Assembly (NCBI GenBank): GCA_044892525.1
Contig: CM097886.1
Location: 184,934,312 to 184,998,311, forward strand
From: Schmidtea polychroa
Taxonomy: Eukaryota
DNA: 64,000 nt
Direction of reading: 5' to 3'
Positions 23,878 through 36,169 of the stretch are shown piece after piece. Under the pieces are notes generated by a model. The model ran no database searches and was not told the DNA's origin. It saw nothing but the letters and a program-made list of their open reading frames with translations. A program made the position numbers and the translations under genes. Positions within the stretch are counted from its first letter, which is position 1; each line of letters opens with the position of its first letter.

Positions 23878-25640
23878 TCATTTCATTTATTCAATTTTAC
23901 AAGTAAGTTTTTTTAATTTAAGTAACTTTTAAGGTTTGAATTTTGATTTTATAAAATTATGAGATCACTATTCAAGCTTTTAAATGTTACTTGTAGTCAA
24001 CATTTTGATTATAAATTATTTTTAATTAATTTCAGGATTTTTTTAACTATGAATTTATTTGGAATTATTTCAATAAAATGTAAGTTAGATTAATATTTTT
24101 AACTATGAATAAATAAAGAAATCACCAAAAACATTTATTTTTTAAGACATTTAAGAAAGAAGCGGAGTAGTATTTTAAGTTTTTGTAATGTTCTTTATCC
24201 AGCTCATTTATATGACGAATTTTGTCATTTTATGTAATTCTATGAAATTATTATTTTTTTATACAAGTTATAAAAATTTACGATTTTCGAATTTTTTTCC
24301 AGAAAAATATCTAAAAATCTAAAGAAATAATAACTTCAAAAATATTTTATAAATAGATTTTACGATGTTTTGTCGTCCTTTTATCGAAAACTTAAAGTAG
24401 AGTTGTCCGATTGAAAATCCAAAATTTTTTCTGCCATGAATTTTAATATATTAAAAATAATGATATGTTAACAATATGTTAATGACTTTCTACTTTCGGA
24501 ATAAAAAAAGCTATATTAAATTTACGTGTATTTTATATTATGTGTGCTGTGTTTGTATGTAAAATTATTTTTCTGTCACTTTCTCAATTCCTATAATAAA
24601 ACTTTTAACATTCGGAACATTAAATTTTTGCACACAGGTAAGTTTGTGTGTTGCTATAGTATAATTTTATCGATTTTTTTAGATTATAGAAACTTTTATA
24701 TTCTGAATTTAGGTGTATACGTATGTGTACACACCAGTTGTGGTGAGTCACCAATTATATGACAATGTTAACTTAATTTCATTTATTCAATTTTTCAAAA
24801 ATCGTTTTAAGGTAAGTTTTTGAATTAAAGTAATTTTTAGGACTTGAATTTTGATTTTATATAATTATGAGATCATTATTCAAGTTCTTAAATATTACTG
24901 TTAGTCATCATTTATAATATAATATATTAATAATTAAATTTCAGGTGATTTTAGAAATTTTATGATATTTTATTTGGATTTATTTGGATTTATTTCGTAA
25001 AAATGTAAGTTAGATATTTTTAAAATTATAAATAAATAAAGTATTCACCAAACATTTATTTTTCAGACATTTAGGAAAGAATGGATAAAATAATTTTTTA
25101 AGTTTTTGTAATCTTCTTTCGAATTTTTTCTTTTTTTGTAATTCAATGAAAATATTAATTTGTTAAAATAATTTATTAAAATTTACGATTTGCGATTTTT
25201 TTCCTGCAAATTCAAAGATGTCGAAGGATCTTCTTCAATATCTGTAAATCTAAAGAAATTTTATATTCAAAATTATTTTATAATTAAATCTTACGATGTA
25301 TTTTCTTCTTTTTCTCTAAAGCTCAAGGTAGAGCAGTCGGAATCTGATTCAAAAGTTTTATTGTGCATAACTTTTTAAATGATTTGAAAATATTAATATG
25401 TTAATCAATGTTAATTTGGCAAAAAAACACTTTATTAATTTTGTATGTATTTTTCATTATGTGTGCTGTGTTTGTATGCTTAATTATTTTCTCTCACTTT
25501 TAAGATTCCTATAATAAATATGTTGACTTTCGCAGCATTAAATTTTTACACACAGGTAAGTTTGTCTGTTCCTATAATATATATTTATTGATTTTTTTAT
25601 ATTATAGGCTATATTATATTTCGCAAACGGGTGTATCATG
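23878..25640. repeat. Diverged tandem duplication, unit about 900 bp (about 23878-24777 and 24778-25640)
   Basis: Co-linear shared blocks, e.g. TTTGATTTTATA.AATTATGAGATCA, ATTATGTGTGCTGTGTTTGTATG, CACACAGGTAAGTTTGT. Confidence 0.8.
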
Positions 25641-26401
25641 CAAATCACTATGACAACTCACTAATTGCACAATTGTCGTATCCTTGATGATAATCAAATT
25701 GACCTAGTTTTCATCATTTGTTTAAAATTCAAATCAATAATAAATGAAATATCATCAAAAAAAAAGAAACATTTCAAAGGTGACCAAAAAAATAAAAGAT
25801 TTTACTGATAAAAAATTTCATTTATTTTGTAAAAAAGATTCAAATTTCATGTAATATTTGTACACAAATTAAACTGAAATATTTTGGTTACAAATGGGAC
25901 TTTATTAGGGAACCCTCCAGTATCATATGTAAAATATTCCATTAATTTTATTTTTCTCTTGAATAATGACTAGCTTTTTGCCAATTTTATGAAGGTTTGT
26001 GGTTTATAAGGGTCCATGTGACACCATGATAAGAGAATCACATTCATAAATTTTTACTAAAAATTTCTATTTAAATGATATTTTGTTTGAATCCATTCTC
26101 AATTACAGAAAGAATATTTCAAACCCAAAGAGACTCCTTAAAAATATCAAATATTACTTACAAGATTTTTCTTCGGAGATTCATTAATTTAGGAACTTCC
26201 TTTTGTTGTCTTGCAAAATTAATTAATAAATTATTAAAATTTGGTTTTTACTGTGTCATGTTCCTAAAGAGACGTAAAAAATGTAATTATAAGATACAAG
26301 AGGCCTAATTATAGAAAATTTGAGAAAGAAAATTAAAATAAAATTAATTACAAAAAAATTTTAATTAACATCTTTATCTTAATATAATAATTATAGTATT
26401 A

Positions 26402-26442
<41 letters not shown>

Positions 26443-27430
26443 ATTATTATTAGAATAAAGTGATGATTTCTTGGTAGCAGCATTTATTATTTAAAACAAT
26501 AAAATGATAATTTAAGCCTTTTGCTGCAAATAATGTATTTAATGAAAATATTTTCGGCTATAAGATAATCCTTGTCAATCTATCTATCAAGAACTATCTT
26601 ATAGTCGAAAATTTTTTCATTAAATACATTATAAGCAGCAAAAGGCTTAAATNNNNNNNNNNNNNNNNNNNNNNNNNNNNNNNNNNNNNNNNNNNNNNNN
26701 NNNNNNNNNNNNNNNNNNNNNNNNNNNNNNNNNNNNNNNNNNNNNNNNNNNNNNNNNNNNNNNNNNNNNNNNNNNNNNNNNNNNNNNNNNNNNNNNNNNN
26801 NNNNNNNNNNNAAGATTCGATAGTGCCGACTAAATTTGATATAAACAAATTAAAGTTTAAACTCATTTCTTGACAACTTTTATGTTTTCTTTTTCATTTA
26901 ATCGTTTTTAGTATCGAAATTTTCTTTAATTTAGCAAATCTTGAAAATCTTTTCATTTGGTTCCAGAAGTTCTTGATTGAGAAGTCTATTCCGGTGAAAG
27001 GGGGGATACGTTATATATTTCAGGACATAAAAAACAAACAAGATGATTTCTGCAACTCCTCCAGTTGTCAATGAGAGTACTTGAAATAAACCAAAATTTA
27101 TGAGTTTCATTTCACTGGAAATAATTTCTGGAATGAAAATTCGTATTTTGTTTTAAATTTAAAAAAATACATTTGAAAATTCTACTTTCGAAAAAATAAA
27201 AATTTTCTATTTTATTTTTAGTTAAAGTATGTTTTTTCACATTACTTATTTATCGGTTGTAAGTAGTTGTTTTTGTCATTTTCCATAATGATTAAGATGG
27301 GAAAAAATATAATATTTATATTAATAATCCATCAGTGCAAAGAATTCCTCTGAAAGAGTTCTTCCATGGCTCGCAAGCTTATGACATTTCTTTAATATCT
27401 CTTTATGTATTATCGAAACACTTGATAAAA

Positions 27431-28515
27431 CTGTATTACTATGTTCAAGTCTGGACTTCGTGACGGCCATGTAATCGTTGATATATTACTTGATTTCAGA
27501 TAATTTTGGACAATCCGTGCTTTGTGTACTGTGCAATTGTCTTGCTGGAAGTAAAAATTTCCTCTTTAGGTTAACTTTCATTATTGGCACAGCAAAGGTC
27601 TTCAACAGGGTAATGTAATCGGTCGACTTAAATTTGCCAGTTATCATGTGGAAAGATAGAAGTCCGTTAGGAAGGATCATCAGCCAGACCATAATTCACC
27701 CTCCATGACATTGCCGAATATTACGCACATATTTTGATGTTTTCGGAATATATGTCATCCAACAATCTGGTCCATCAAGTGTGAACCTTTTTTCGTCTGA
27801 GAATATAGTATTCTCCCAAATGTGATTGGTCGAAATCCATTCTGTTATCACTTTCATTCTTTCTTCCTTGTGTTTCTTAGATAGGATGATTTCGTGATAA
27901 CTTTTTGCGTATTTCATACCAGCAAGCTGCATATACCTTTGTACTGTCCTTGTTGATACAGCTAGCCCACAATTTCTCTTGATCTTGGGCGAATTAACTT
28001 TATCCGTGCAGTTTCTCTTTTGATGGATAACGCGTCTGCTTTACTTATTTTTCTTCTGTTTCCACGTTTGCGTTTATGTAACACATATTTGTAGGTGACT
28101 AAATTCTTAACAGCATATCTAGACATGCCCAAAATGGTGCCAATTGCACCATAACTGTTACCTTCCTGTTTCATCTTTATAGCAACTTTCTTTAAATCTG
28201 GAGATCTCATAATCAATTCTAAAATTATTATAAACATTAAAATCATATAAAGTAGTATAAAAAAATAGGTTAAAATTATTAATACTTAAAAATCTTTAAA
28301 GTGTGCTAAAAATTGTGTCGTATTTTAATTTTTAAAAAACCTAAGAATTCAAATATTATTTAAACAAAAAATAATATATGTCTAAGTAGTGATAATTATT
28401 AAAAGTATTACTATATTAATTACAATCATACAAAATTTATTTCATTTATTACATTATTAATGATTTTGTAACGAAATTTCTTACTGTGCTAAAAATAGTG
28501 TCGGGCAGTATATAT
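27431..28515 (-). mobile_element. Tc1/Tc3-like (DD34E-type) transposon, frameshifted and 3'-truncated
   Basis: HTH N-terminus (27962-28246), FSDEKRFTLDGPD, QQDNCTVH and WPSRSPDLN motifs in shifting frames; it ends where the third catalytic residue should be. One TIR end at about 28510 with inner and outer direct repeats TGTGCTAAAAAT.GTGTCG (28302, 28485). Confidence 0.88.
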
Positions 28516-28595
28516 AATTCTTTACGGATATCAACAAAGAATTTCATCATGATTTTATAGGTAGTCTCGTGAATACCAACAGTTTTCATTCCTAA
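28514..28595 (-). pseudogene. Actin pseudogene remnant (copy A), split by the Tc1 element; continues about 27340-27430
   Basis: Near-identical to 32133-32215 of the actin pseudogene; joins exactly across the Tc1 insertion. Confidence 0.75.
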
Positions 28596-28598
28596 TAG

Positions 28599-29031
28599 TT
28601 TCTAGGTTTATTGCTATAGGTTCCGTAATAAATGGCGTTACGTAATAATTGATTGCGCAATCATCGGATATATAAGTAGGATGGGAAACATCATATTTGT
28701 ATAGATCAGAATGAGAATCACAAATATAATCCAATCAACCAATGGAATCATCAGCAACATTTCCATGCCATCCAATCAAACATTAATCATAAAATCCAAC
28801 CCAACTGCATTCCTCGAATGGATATTCGGAGATTGGGGGGTCGAAGAAACGGGGAAATCATTTCTAAGTGTAGTGAAACAATTTTTCGTTGAAAGTAAGT
28901 AAATGATTTATTTAATGGGAATATTATTTATAAATTATAATTTTATAGTTGGAACATTGGGAATCTTTATCATCATCCTTGTTGTAATCTTCATATTCAG
29001 ATCGAAAATTGTCAGCATGATCAAGCGTTGA
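28599..29031 (+). pseudogene. 5'-truncated copy 1 of the small membrane glycoprotein gene
   Basis: Near-identical to 32920-33352 but lacks the first codons of the signal peptide and is fused to the actin remnant. Confidence 0.65.
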
Positions 29032-31989
29032 TCTGAGTTATAATTTTATCATCTTAATTGATCAGTTTAATAAATTTGCTTTCATTTCTTTTCATCTTTA
29101 TTTCATCTTTATTATATTTTAAGCATTCTTTACCATTTCCGTTATTACAACTTGTTACGTCATGAGAGTAATTAACCAATAGGAAATGATTGCTTGATTC
29201 AAACAAATGGGAATATTGTTAAGTTATTTTCTAAAAATCATTTTTCACTTTTTTAAATGTTGCCAATAGAGCAGGAGGTAACAAAACAAAAAACTTGATG
29301 ATATAATCGACGAATTAGCAGTAAAAATGTTTGTACAAAAAAAGAATAAAAATTATTATCTTTATGTATGTAAATTAATGAATATATTGGTGAAATAAAT
29401 ATTTCATTAAATAAATTGATAAAATTATGTTTGTTAAAGAATATTAGTTTTTTTTGAATTAAATGACTTTTCGGATTTTTTTTGAAAATTATTTTGTGAT
29501 TCTGTTTGTTTAAATTTCTGATTTCAGATTTATGAAAAGTTGTGTAAAATTTAAAAATAAATGAATTTGCAAATTTATAAGTTAAATTTATTTAAATATC
29601 TTCAATTCCATATTAATTACTCATATTTTTGTAAAATGGATGGTTATGCTTATATTCAAGATAACGTTAGTTTAAATAATAAATTTCAAGATTACTAGAC
29701 AGAGATTATGAATCTCCATTCTAAAAAATTATGGCATCAGATTAGTGTTGATTTGAAAAACCTTTATGATCAACTTATTTCATCATTTGAAAATAAAATG
29801 AATTTCGTCCCAATCCGGTTGAGACTAAAGACGAAACAATGTTCATGTATAATTTCTTATTTTTTGGTAACGGGCCCCGCATATAATATTTTCCCGAGGC
29901 TCTGTAAAACCCACAGCCGATCCTGAATTTACCTTTTATTGAAAATGTTATGTAATTTAATTTAAATTCTAATTTATCGTAATTATTTGAATGCCTAATC
30001 AAATATAAAAAGAATTTTTAATATATTTTTAAAAATGTATTAATATATAAATAACTAGTACATTTTACCGACATAACGTTCGTATTCTCGGCATCATAAT
30101 TATCCACCACGACATTATTTGGTGCTACTGGACCATTATTATTTTCTGGGACATCCGCAATAAAATGTGGGAGGGGGCATTGTTTGAAATATCCAAATCA
30201 ACATTATTGTTATTTCCTAAAATGTATTTTTAATTTTTATTAATTAAAATATAAATAATTTATCATTTTGGAAGATATTTTAGAATATATTGTTTAAATC
30301 CAGCAAATCCTCATTTTCGGTAATCTCTTACCAACCACCAATATTATTATCTAAATGATTATGAATAAATTGTACTATTGATAGTAACAATAAATTACTA
30401 GATATATTAACTTTTTGAATCTTAATGAATATTAATGACTGATTCATAGTCAAGTTTTTTTAATAATACAATGTCAATTGAAAATAAATCAGTGGTGAAA
30501 ACTGAAAAGACTTCTTATAAATATAAAAATAAAAGTAAAAGTCTTTCATTTTCTTCTAATACAACGGATTTTTGAATATTATTACATTTCTATTTGTGAA
30601 TTTTAAAAATTGAAAAATAATTGTGATGAAAAATGTGATTGCAAATGTTTATAAATAAAGAGAAATAAGTTTTTCATAATCAACCAATCCCTATTGAGAG
30701 CACACATGTTTTGCACACTTAATTATATCAATTCATATGAGTTGATGAGAGATATTTATTGAGTATGTGCGCATGTTCTTTGTTAATCATGTATATGTTC
30801 CTAGATAATAATACACTGGTATTGACGAATCCTTGTTACTCATGCAATGGTCGTGTATTTTTTATGTAATTAATATTAATAATAGAAATTAAAATTAAAT
30901 GATAAAATAAACAAAACAATAAAACTAAAAATAACACATTAATTTCAAAAATTTATTAAACATGAAGTTGTTTGAATAATGACCATTTAGCATGTTCCAG
31001 TCAATGGATTTTGAAAGATTGTTTTATTTTACAGAATAAATTTCCAAAATGTTGCAGTTTCGAAACCAATAAAGAGGGATTATAGAAACTCATAGAATCA
31101 AACACATGTATTTTGCTCGGTGTCGTATATAATCCAATCAAATTTTCGTCGCCTCGATGAGATGAATGCGTAAGGAGTAAGATTCATTTTATTAATATGT
31201 TTACATAACTATGATAAAAGATAATAGCATAAACTGTTTCTAAGTAATATAGAACGATAAGTACAAAAGAATAAATGCTTCATAACAAAATGAATAAAAA
31301 CAATTAAAAAATTTAAAAATATTAGAAATTAAAAAAATTTAATAAAATTTAAAAATTTAAAAAAAAGTAAAATTTGGATGGAAGGGGCCCTTAGCTTTTT
31401 TATATAGAGAGAGATAATAATAATAATAATATTAAATAAAAAAATAAAGATTCGATAGTGCCGACTAAATTTGATATAAACAAATTAATGTTTAAACTCA
31501 TTTCTTGACAACTTTTATGTTTTCTTTTTCATTTAATCGTTTTTAGTATCAAAATTTTCTTTAATTTAGCAAATCTTGAAAATCTTTTCATTTGGTTCCA
31601 GAAGTTCTTGATTGAGAAGTCTATTCCGGTGAAAGGGGGGATACGTTATATATTTCAGGACATAAAAAACAAACAAGATGATTTCTGCAACTCCTCCAGT
31701 TGTCAATGAGAGTACTTGAAATAAACCAAAATTTATGAGTTTCATTTCACTGGAAATAATTTCTGGAATGAAAATTCGTATTTTGTTTTAAATTTAAAAA
31801 AATACATTTGAAAATTCTACTTTCGAAAAAATAAAAATTTTCTATTTTATTATTAGTTAAAGTATGTTTTTTCACATTACTTATTTATCGGTTGTAAGTA
31901 GTTGTTTTTGTCATTTTCCATAATGATTAAGATGAGAAAAAATATAATATCTATATTAATAATCCATCAGTGCAAAGAATTCCTCTGAA

Positions 31990-32365
31990 AGAGTTCTTCC
32001 ATGGATCGAAAGCTGCTGAGACTTAGGATAAAGGTGAGAATTTAATTTTCATTGAAGCTTGAACCCAAGTTGATATCTCTTTATGCATACTATCAGCCAC
32101 ATCAGGATACTTTGTAGAAACACTTGATAAAAAATTCTTTACGGATATCCACAAAGCATTTCATCATGATTTTATAGGTAGTCTCGTGAGTACCAACAGT
32201 TTCCATTCCCAAGAATGATTGCTGGAACAAAGCTCCAAGATATCTGAATCTTTCATTTCCAAAGGTAATGACTTGAAAATTTGGCAGTTCATAACTGTTT
32301 TTAAGCGTTGATAAAGAGGCAGCCATTTGCATTTCTTGTTCAAAATCAAGAGCAATGTAATAATG
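31990..32365 (-). pseudogene. Actin pseudogene fragment (copy B)
   Basis: [53 protein letters not shown]...HETTYK.MMKC.VDIRK and ADSMHKEIS...SMKIK align to recalled actin residues about 218-330, with frameshifts and deletions. Confidence 0.92.
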
Positions 32366-32609
32366 ATCAAATTCACTTGATAAAGGCAGTGCCGAAAATT
32401 AGTGAGTATCAACAAACATCGATATATTAATGATTTATAGTCTTCAAGCTCTCTTTTCAATAAATGCTTTTAAAATAAATGAAAGTAAAAAGTAAAAACA
32501 GCAATTCTTTAAATTTTATTCTCGAATTTGGTAAAGATTAAGTGGCTTTTAAAGAAAATGAAAATAATGCGAAATGTAGGATTGATAATCTCATGCAGTT
32601 TCATCTTCT

Positions 32610-32860
32610 ATCCACTTTATCCGACTTCATATCCACCCTTATATCTACACACTTCTTACCTTATATCTGACATTATATCCACACACTTCTGACCTCATAT
32701 TTAACCTTCTATCCACCTTTATATCCACACATCTGACCTTATACCTTATCTTTTATCCATCCTTAAATCCATAGTGTGAACACCTAACTTATATCCACAC
32801 TTATACCCACCTTTATGTCAGACCTTATATCATATCTTATATCTATCTTTATATCCTTTT
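32610..32860. repeat. CCTTATATCCACAC-type minisatellite upstream of gene copy 2
   Basis: Degenerate tandem units; reverse complement of the array at 36170-36885. Confidence 0.85.
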
Positions 32861-32903
32861 TTTCAATTTTTATGGTTTATAATTTTACACATTCAATTTC
32901 AAA

Positions 32904-33352
32904 ATGCATCGAGAGAAAATTTCTATGTTTATTGTTATAGGTTCCGTAATAAATGGCGTTACGTAATAATTGATTGCGCAATCACCGGATATATAAGCAG
33001 GATGGGAAACATCATATTTGTATAGATCAGAATGAGAATCACAAATATAATCCAATCAACCAATGGAATCATCAGCAACATTTCCATGCCATCCAATCAA
33101 ACATTAATCATAAAATCCAACCCAAATGCATTCCTCGAATGGATATTCGGAGATTGGGGGGTCGAAGAAACGGGGAAATCATTTCTAAGTGTAGTGAAAC
33201 AATTTTTCGTTGAAAGTAAGTAAATAATTTATTTAATGGGAATATTATTTATAAATTATAATTTTATAGTTGGAACATTGGGAATCTTTATCATCATCCT
33301 TGTTGTAATCTTCATATTCAGATCGAAAATTGTCAGCATGATCAAGCGTTGA
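32904..33352 (+). CDS. Predicted 108-aa type I membrane glycoprotein, copy 2; join(32904..32962,33031..33215,33270..33352)
   Basis: Two GT-AG introns (68 and 54 nt) remove all in-frame stops. The product has a signal-peptide-like N-terminus, NIS and NQT sequons, a hydrophobic helix IGTLGIFIIILVVIFIF and a basic tail RSKIVSMIKR. Intron 2 has a textbook GTAAGT donor; intron 1 is inferred from frame restoration. Confidence 0.6.
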
Positions 33353-34320
33353 TCTGAGTTATAATTTTATCATCTTAATTGATCAGTTTAATAAATTTGC
33401 TTTCATTTCTTTTCATCTTTATTATATTTTAAGTATTTTTTACCATTTCCGTTATTACAACTTGTTACCTCATGAGAGTAATTAACCAATAGGAAATGAT
33501 TGCTTGATTCAAACAAATGGGAATATTGTTAAGTTATTTTCTAAAAATCATTTTTCACTTTTTTAAATGTTGTCAATAGAGCAGGAGGTAACAAAACAAA
33601 AAAACTTGATGATATAATCGACGACTTAGCAGTAAAAAATGTTTGTACAAAAAAAGAATAAAGATTATTATCTTTATGTATGTAAATTAAATTAACATAA
33701 CTAACAGCCAGATACCAACTACCAAGTACCAACAATCTGTTACCAACTAGGTACTACAACTATCATGTACTGACAATCATCTACTAAGTACCACCGACCA
33801 AGTATTTTCAACTAGCAACTAACAACTTATTGATTCTTATTGATTTTCGCCAACACTTTATTTACTGCAACAATATTTTCATTTGTTATATGAACTATGA
33901 AACTTGAATATTGCGACTTGATCAATTTGACTGTATTTGAGAATTTATATGGAATTTCATGTACCAAGAAATTTATCTTATGTTTATGATACATTTGGTT
34001 TCACATCTATCTTGATTTGAATAATTTTCAATTATTTTCTTAATTGTTTTTTTTCAATACAATAAATCTAAGAATAAAATAAATCCTTTTTATTAAATTT
34101 TATTTTTAAATTTTATCAATCATTAATTAATATTTTAAAAATTGATATTAATAATTTTATTTCATTTTCATTATTATTAATATTATTATTATTAGTGTCA
34201 CTCATCGTGAAATAATCAAAATATATAGGTTAAGTTTCGAATTTAATAATTCACATATAAATAAATAAATTATGTCAAGAACCCTTCACAAAAGATAATT
34301 TAAATAACTAAAAACATTAA

Positions 34321-34366
<46 letters not shown>

Positions 34367-35663
34367 TCAGTATTGACTGAAATTGTGTACATTATATAAA
34401 TTATTAATTAGATTTAATAAAATCACAACATAATATTTTCTACTTTACTACTCACCTTTTAAAATATATTTAAAACAAGTATGTTTTAATTACAAAAATA
34501 ATTATCAATTAATCGAGTAAGGGGTATGATATTATTTAGAATCAATAAGTACCACAGTGTAATAGATGTACATATGTTAATACATATTACAATAAACCCA
34601 CTCACGAACGTATACATATATTAAAACACGGATGTATTAACATTATTTCATACACACGCTCAAATAAATATTATTCAATACATACAAATCATAGAGGCTA
34701 AACACATATCAACCAATCAAAATCATGCAATCAAGTACCCTTACGAAGAGTACCCATAAAGGGCAAAATATATATGTATATATATATATATATATTCAAC
34801 TTTTAAAAATTACAAATTATTCATGTCATATATAATAAAACGAATTAACAATTACTCCATCAAATTTATTATTAAATTCCTTTTAAATTAAATACATCAA
34901 GATAAGAACTTTGATAAAATTATTTTAAGGTGGCAATTGGAGAATTAATCTTTAAACAATGAAATAAATGAACTTTGATGAAATTATTCTGAGGTGGTAA
35001 GAATCATAATTATTGAAAATCTTACAAGTAGTGGCACCTTGAATTCAGTCAATCCGTTGCATTTTTATGATTTTTTTTCATTCAATGATTATCATTTTCT
35101 TCAATGAAGAAGAATTTTCTTTAAAAGATCAATCTATTTGTTAACACCTGGTTATAAGTGCTTAGTACTTGGTAGTTGTTAGTTGCTAGTTGAAAATACT
35201 TGGTCGATGATTGAATTTAGGTTGGTACTTAGTAGATGGTTGTCAGTATATGATAGTTGTAGTACCTAGTTGGTAACAGATTGTTGGTACTTGGTAGTTG
35301 GTATCTGGCTGTTAGTTATGTTAATTTAATTTACATACATAAAGATAATAATCTTTATTCTTTTTTTGTACAAACATTTTTTACTGCTAAGTCGTCGATT
35401 ATATCATCAAGTTTTTTTGTTTTGTTACCTCCTGCTCTATTGACAACATTTAAAAAAGTGAAAAATGATTTTTAGAAAATAACTTAACAATATTCCCATT
35501 TGTTTGAATCAAGCAATCATTTCCTATTGGTTAATTACTCTCATGACGTAACAAGTTGTAATAACGGAAATGGTAAAAAATACTTAAAATATAATAAAGA
35601 TGAAAAGAAATGAAAGCAAATTTATTAAACTGATCAATTAAGATGATAAAATTATAACTCAGA

Positions 35664-36112
35664 TCAACGCTTGATCATGCTGACAATTTTCGATCTGAAT
35701 ATGAAGATTACAACAAGGATGATGATAAAGATTCCCAATGTTCCAACTATAAAATTATAATTTATAAATAATATTCCCATTAAATAAATTATTTACTTAC
35801 TTTCAACGAAAAATTGTTTCACTACACTTAGAAATGATTTCCCCGTTTCTTCGACCCCCCAATCTCCGAATATCCATTCGAGGAATGCATTTGGGTTGGA
35901 TTTTATGGTTAATGTTTGATTGGATGGCATGGAAATGTTGCTGATGATTCCATTGGTTGATTGGATTATATTTGTGATTCTCATTCTGATCTATACAAAT
36001 ATGATGTTTCCCATCCTGCTTATATATCCGGTGATTGTGCAATCAATTATTACGTAACGCCATTTATTACGGAACCTATAACAATAAACATAGAAATTTT
36101 CTCTCGATGCAT
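35664..36112 (-). CDS. Predicted 108-aa type I membrane glycoprotein, copy 3 (inverted copy)
   Basis: Same 449-bp span and splice sites as copy 2; one visible amino-acid change (TLIIKS to TLTIKS). Confidence 0.6.
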
Positions 36113-36169
36113 TTTGAAATTGAATGTGTAAAATAATAAACGATAAAATTGAAATGAGTATTTCTTTGT

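Larger units (their letters stand above)
26811..29375. repeat. Segmental duplicate of 31448-33690, with a Tc1 insertion and a deletion of about 0.7 kb
   Basis: 26811-27370 is near-identical to 31448-32005. Actin remnant and membrane-protein gene follow in the same order. Confidence 0.85.

Noticed and set aside
33023-33025. In-frame TAG conserved in all three gene copies as stop readthrough or an alternative genetic code
   Set aside because: A GT-AG intron (32963-33030) removes it and restores frame with a signal peptide. WDR97 and COPB2 translate cleanly with the standard code.
33541-33735. 64-aa ORF MLVLGSW... and its mirror at 35281-35475
   Set aside because: Non-ATG start in low-complexity 3' flank; duplicated only because of the inverted repeat.
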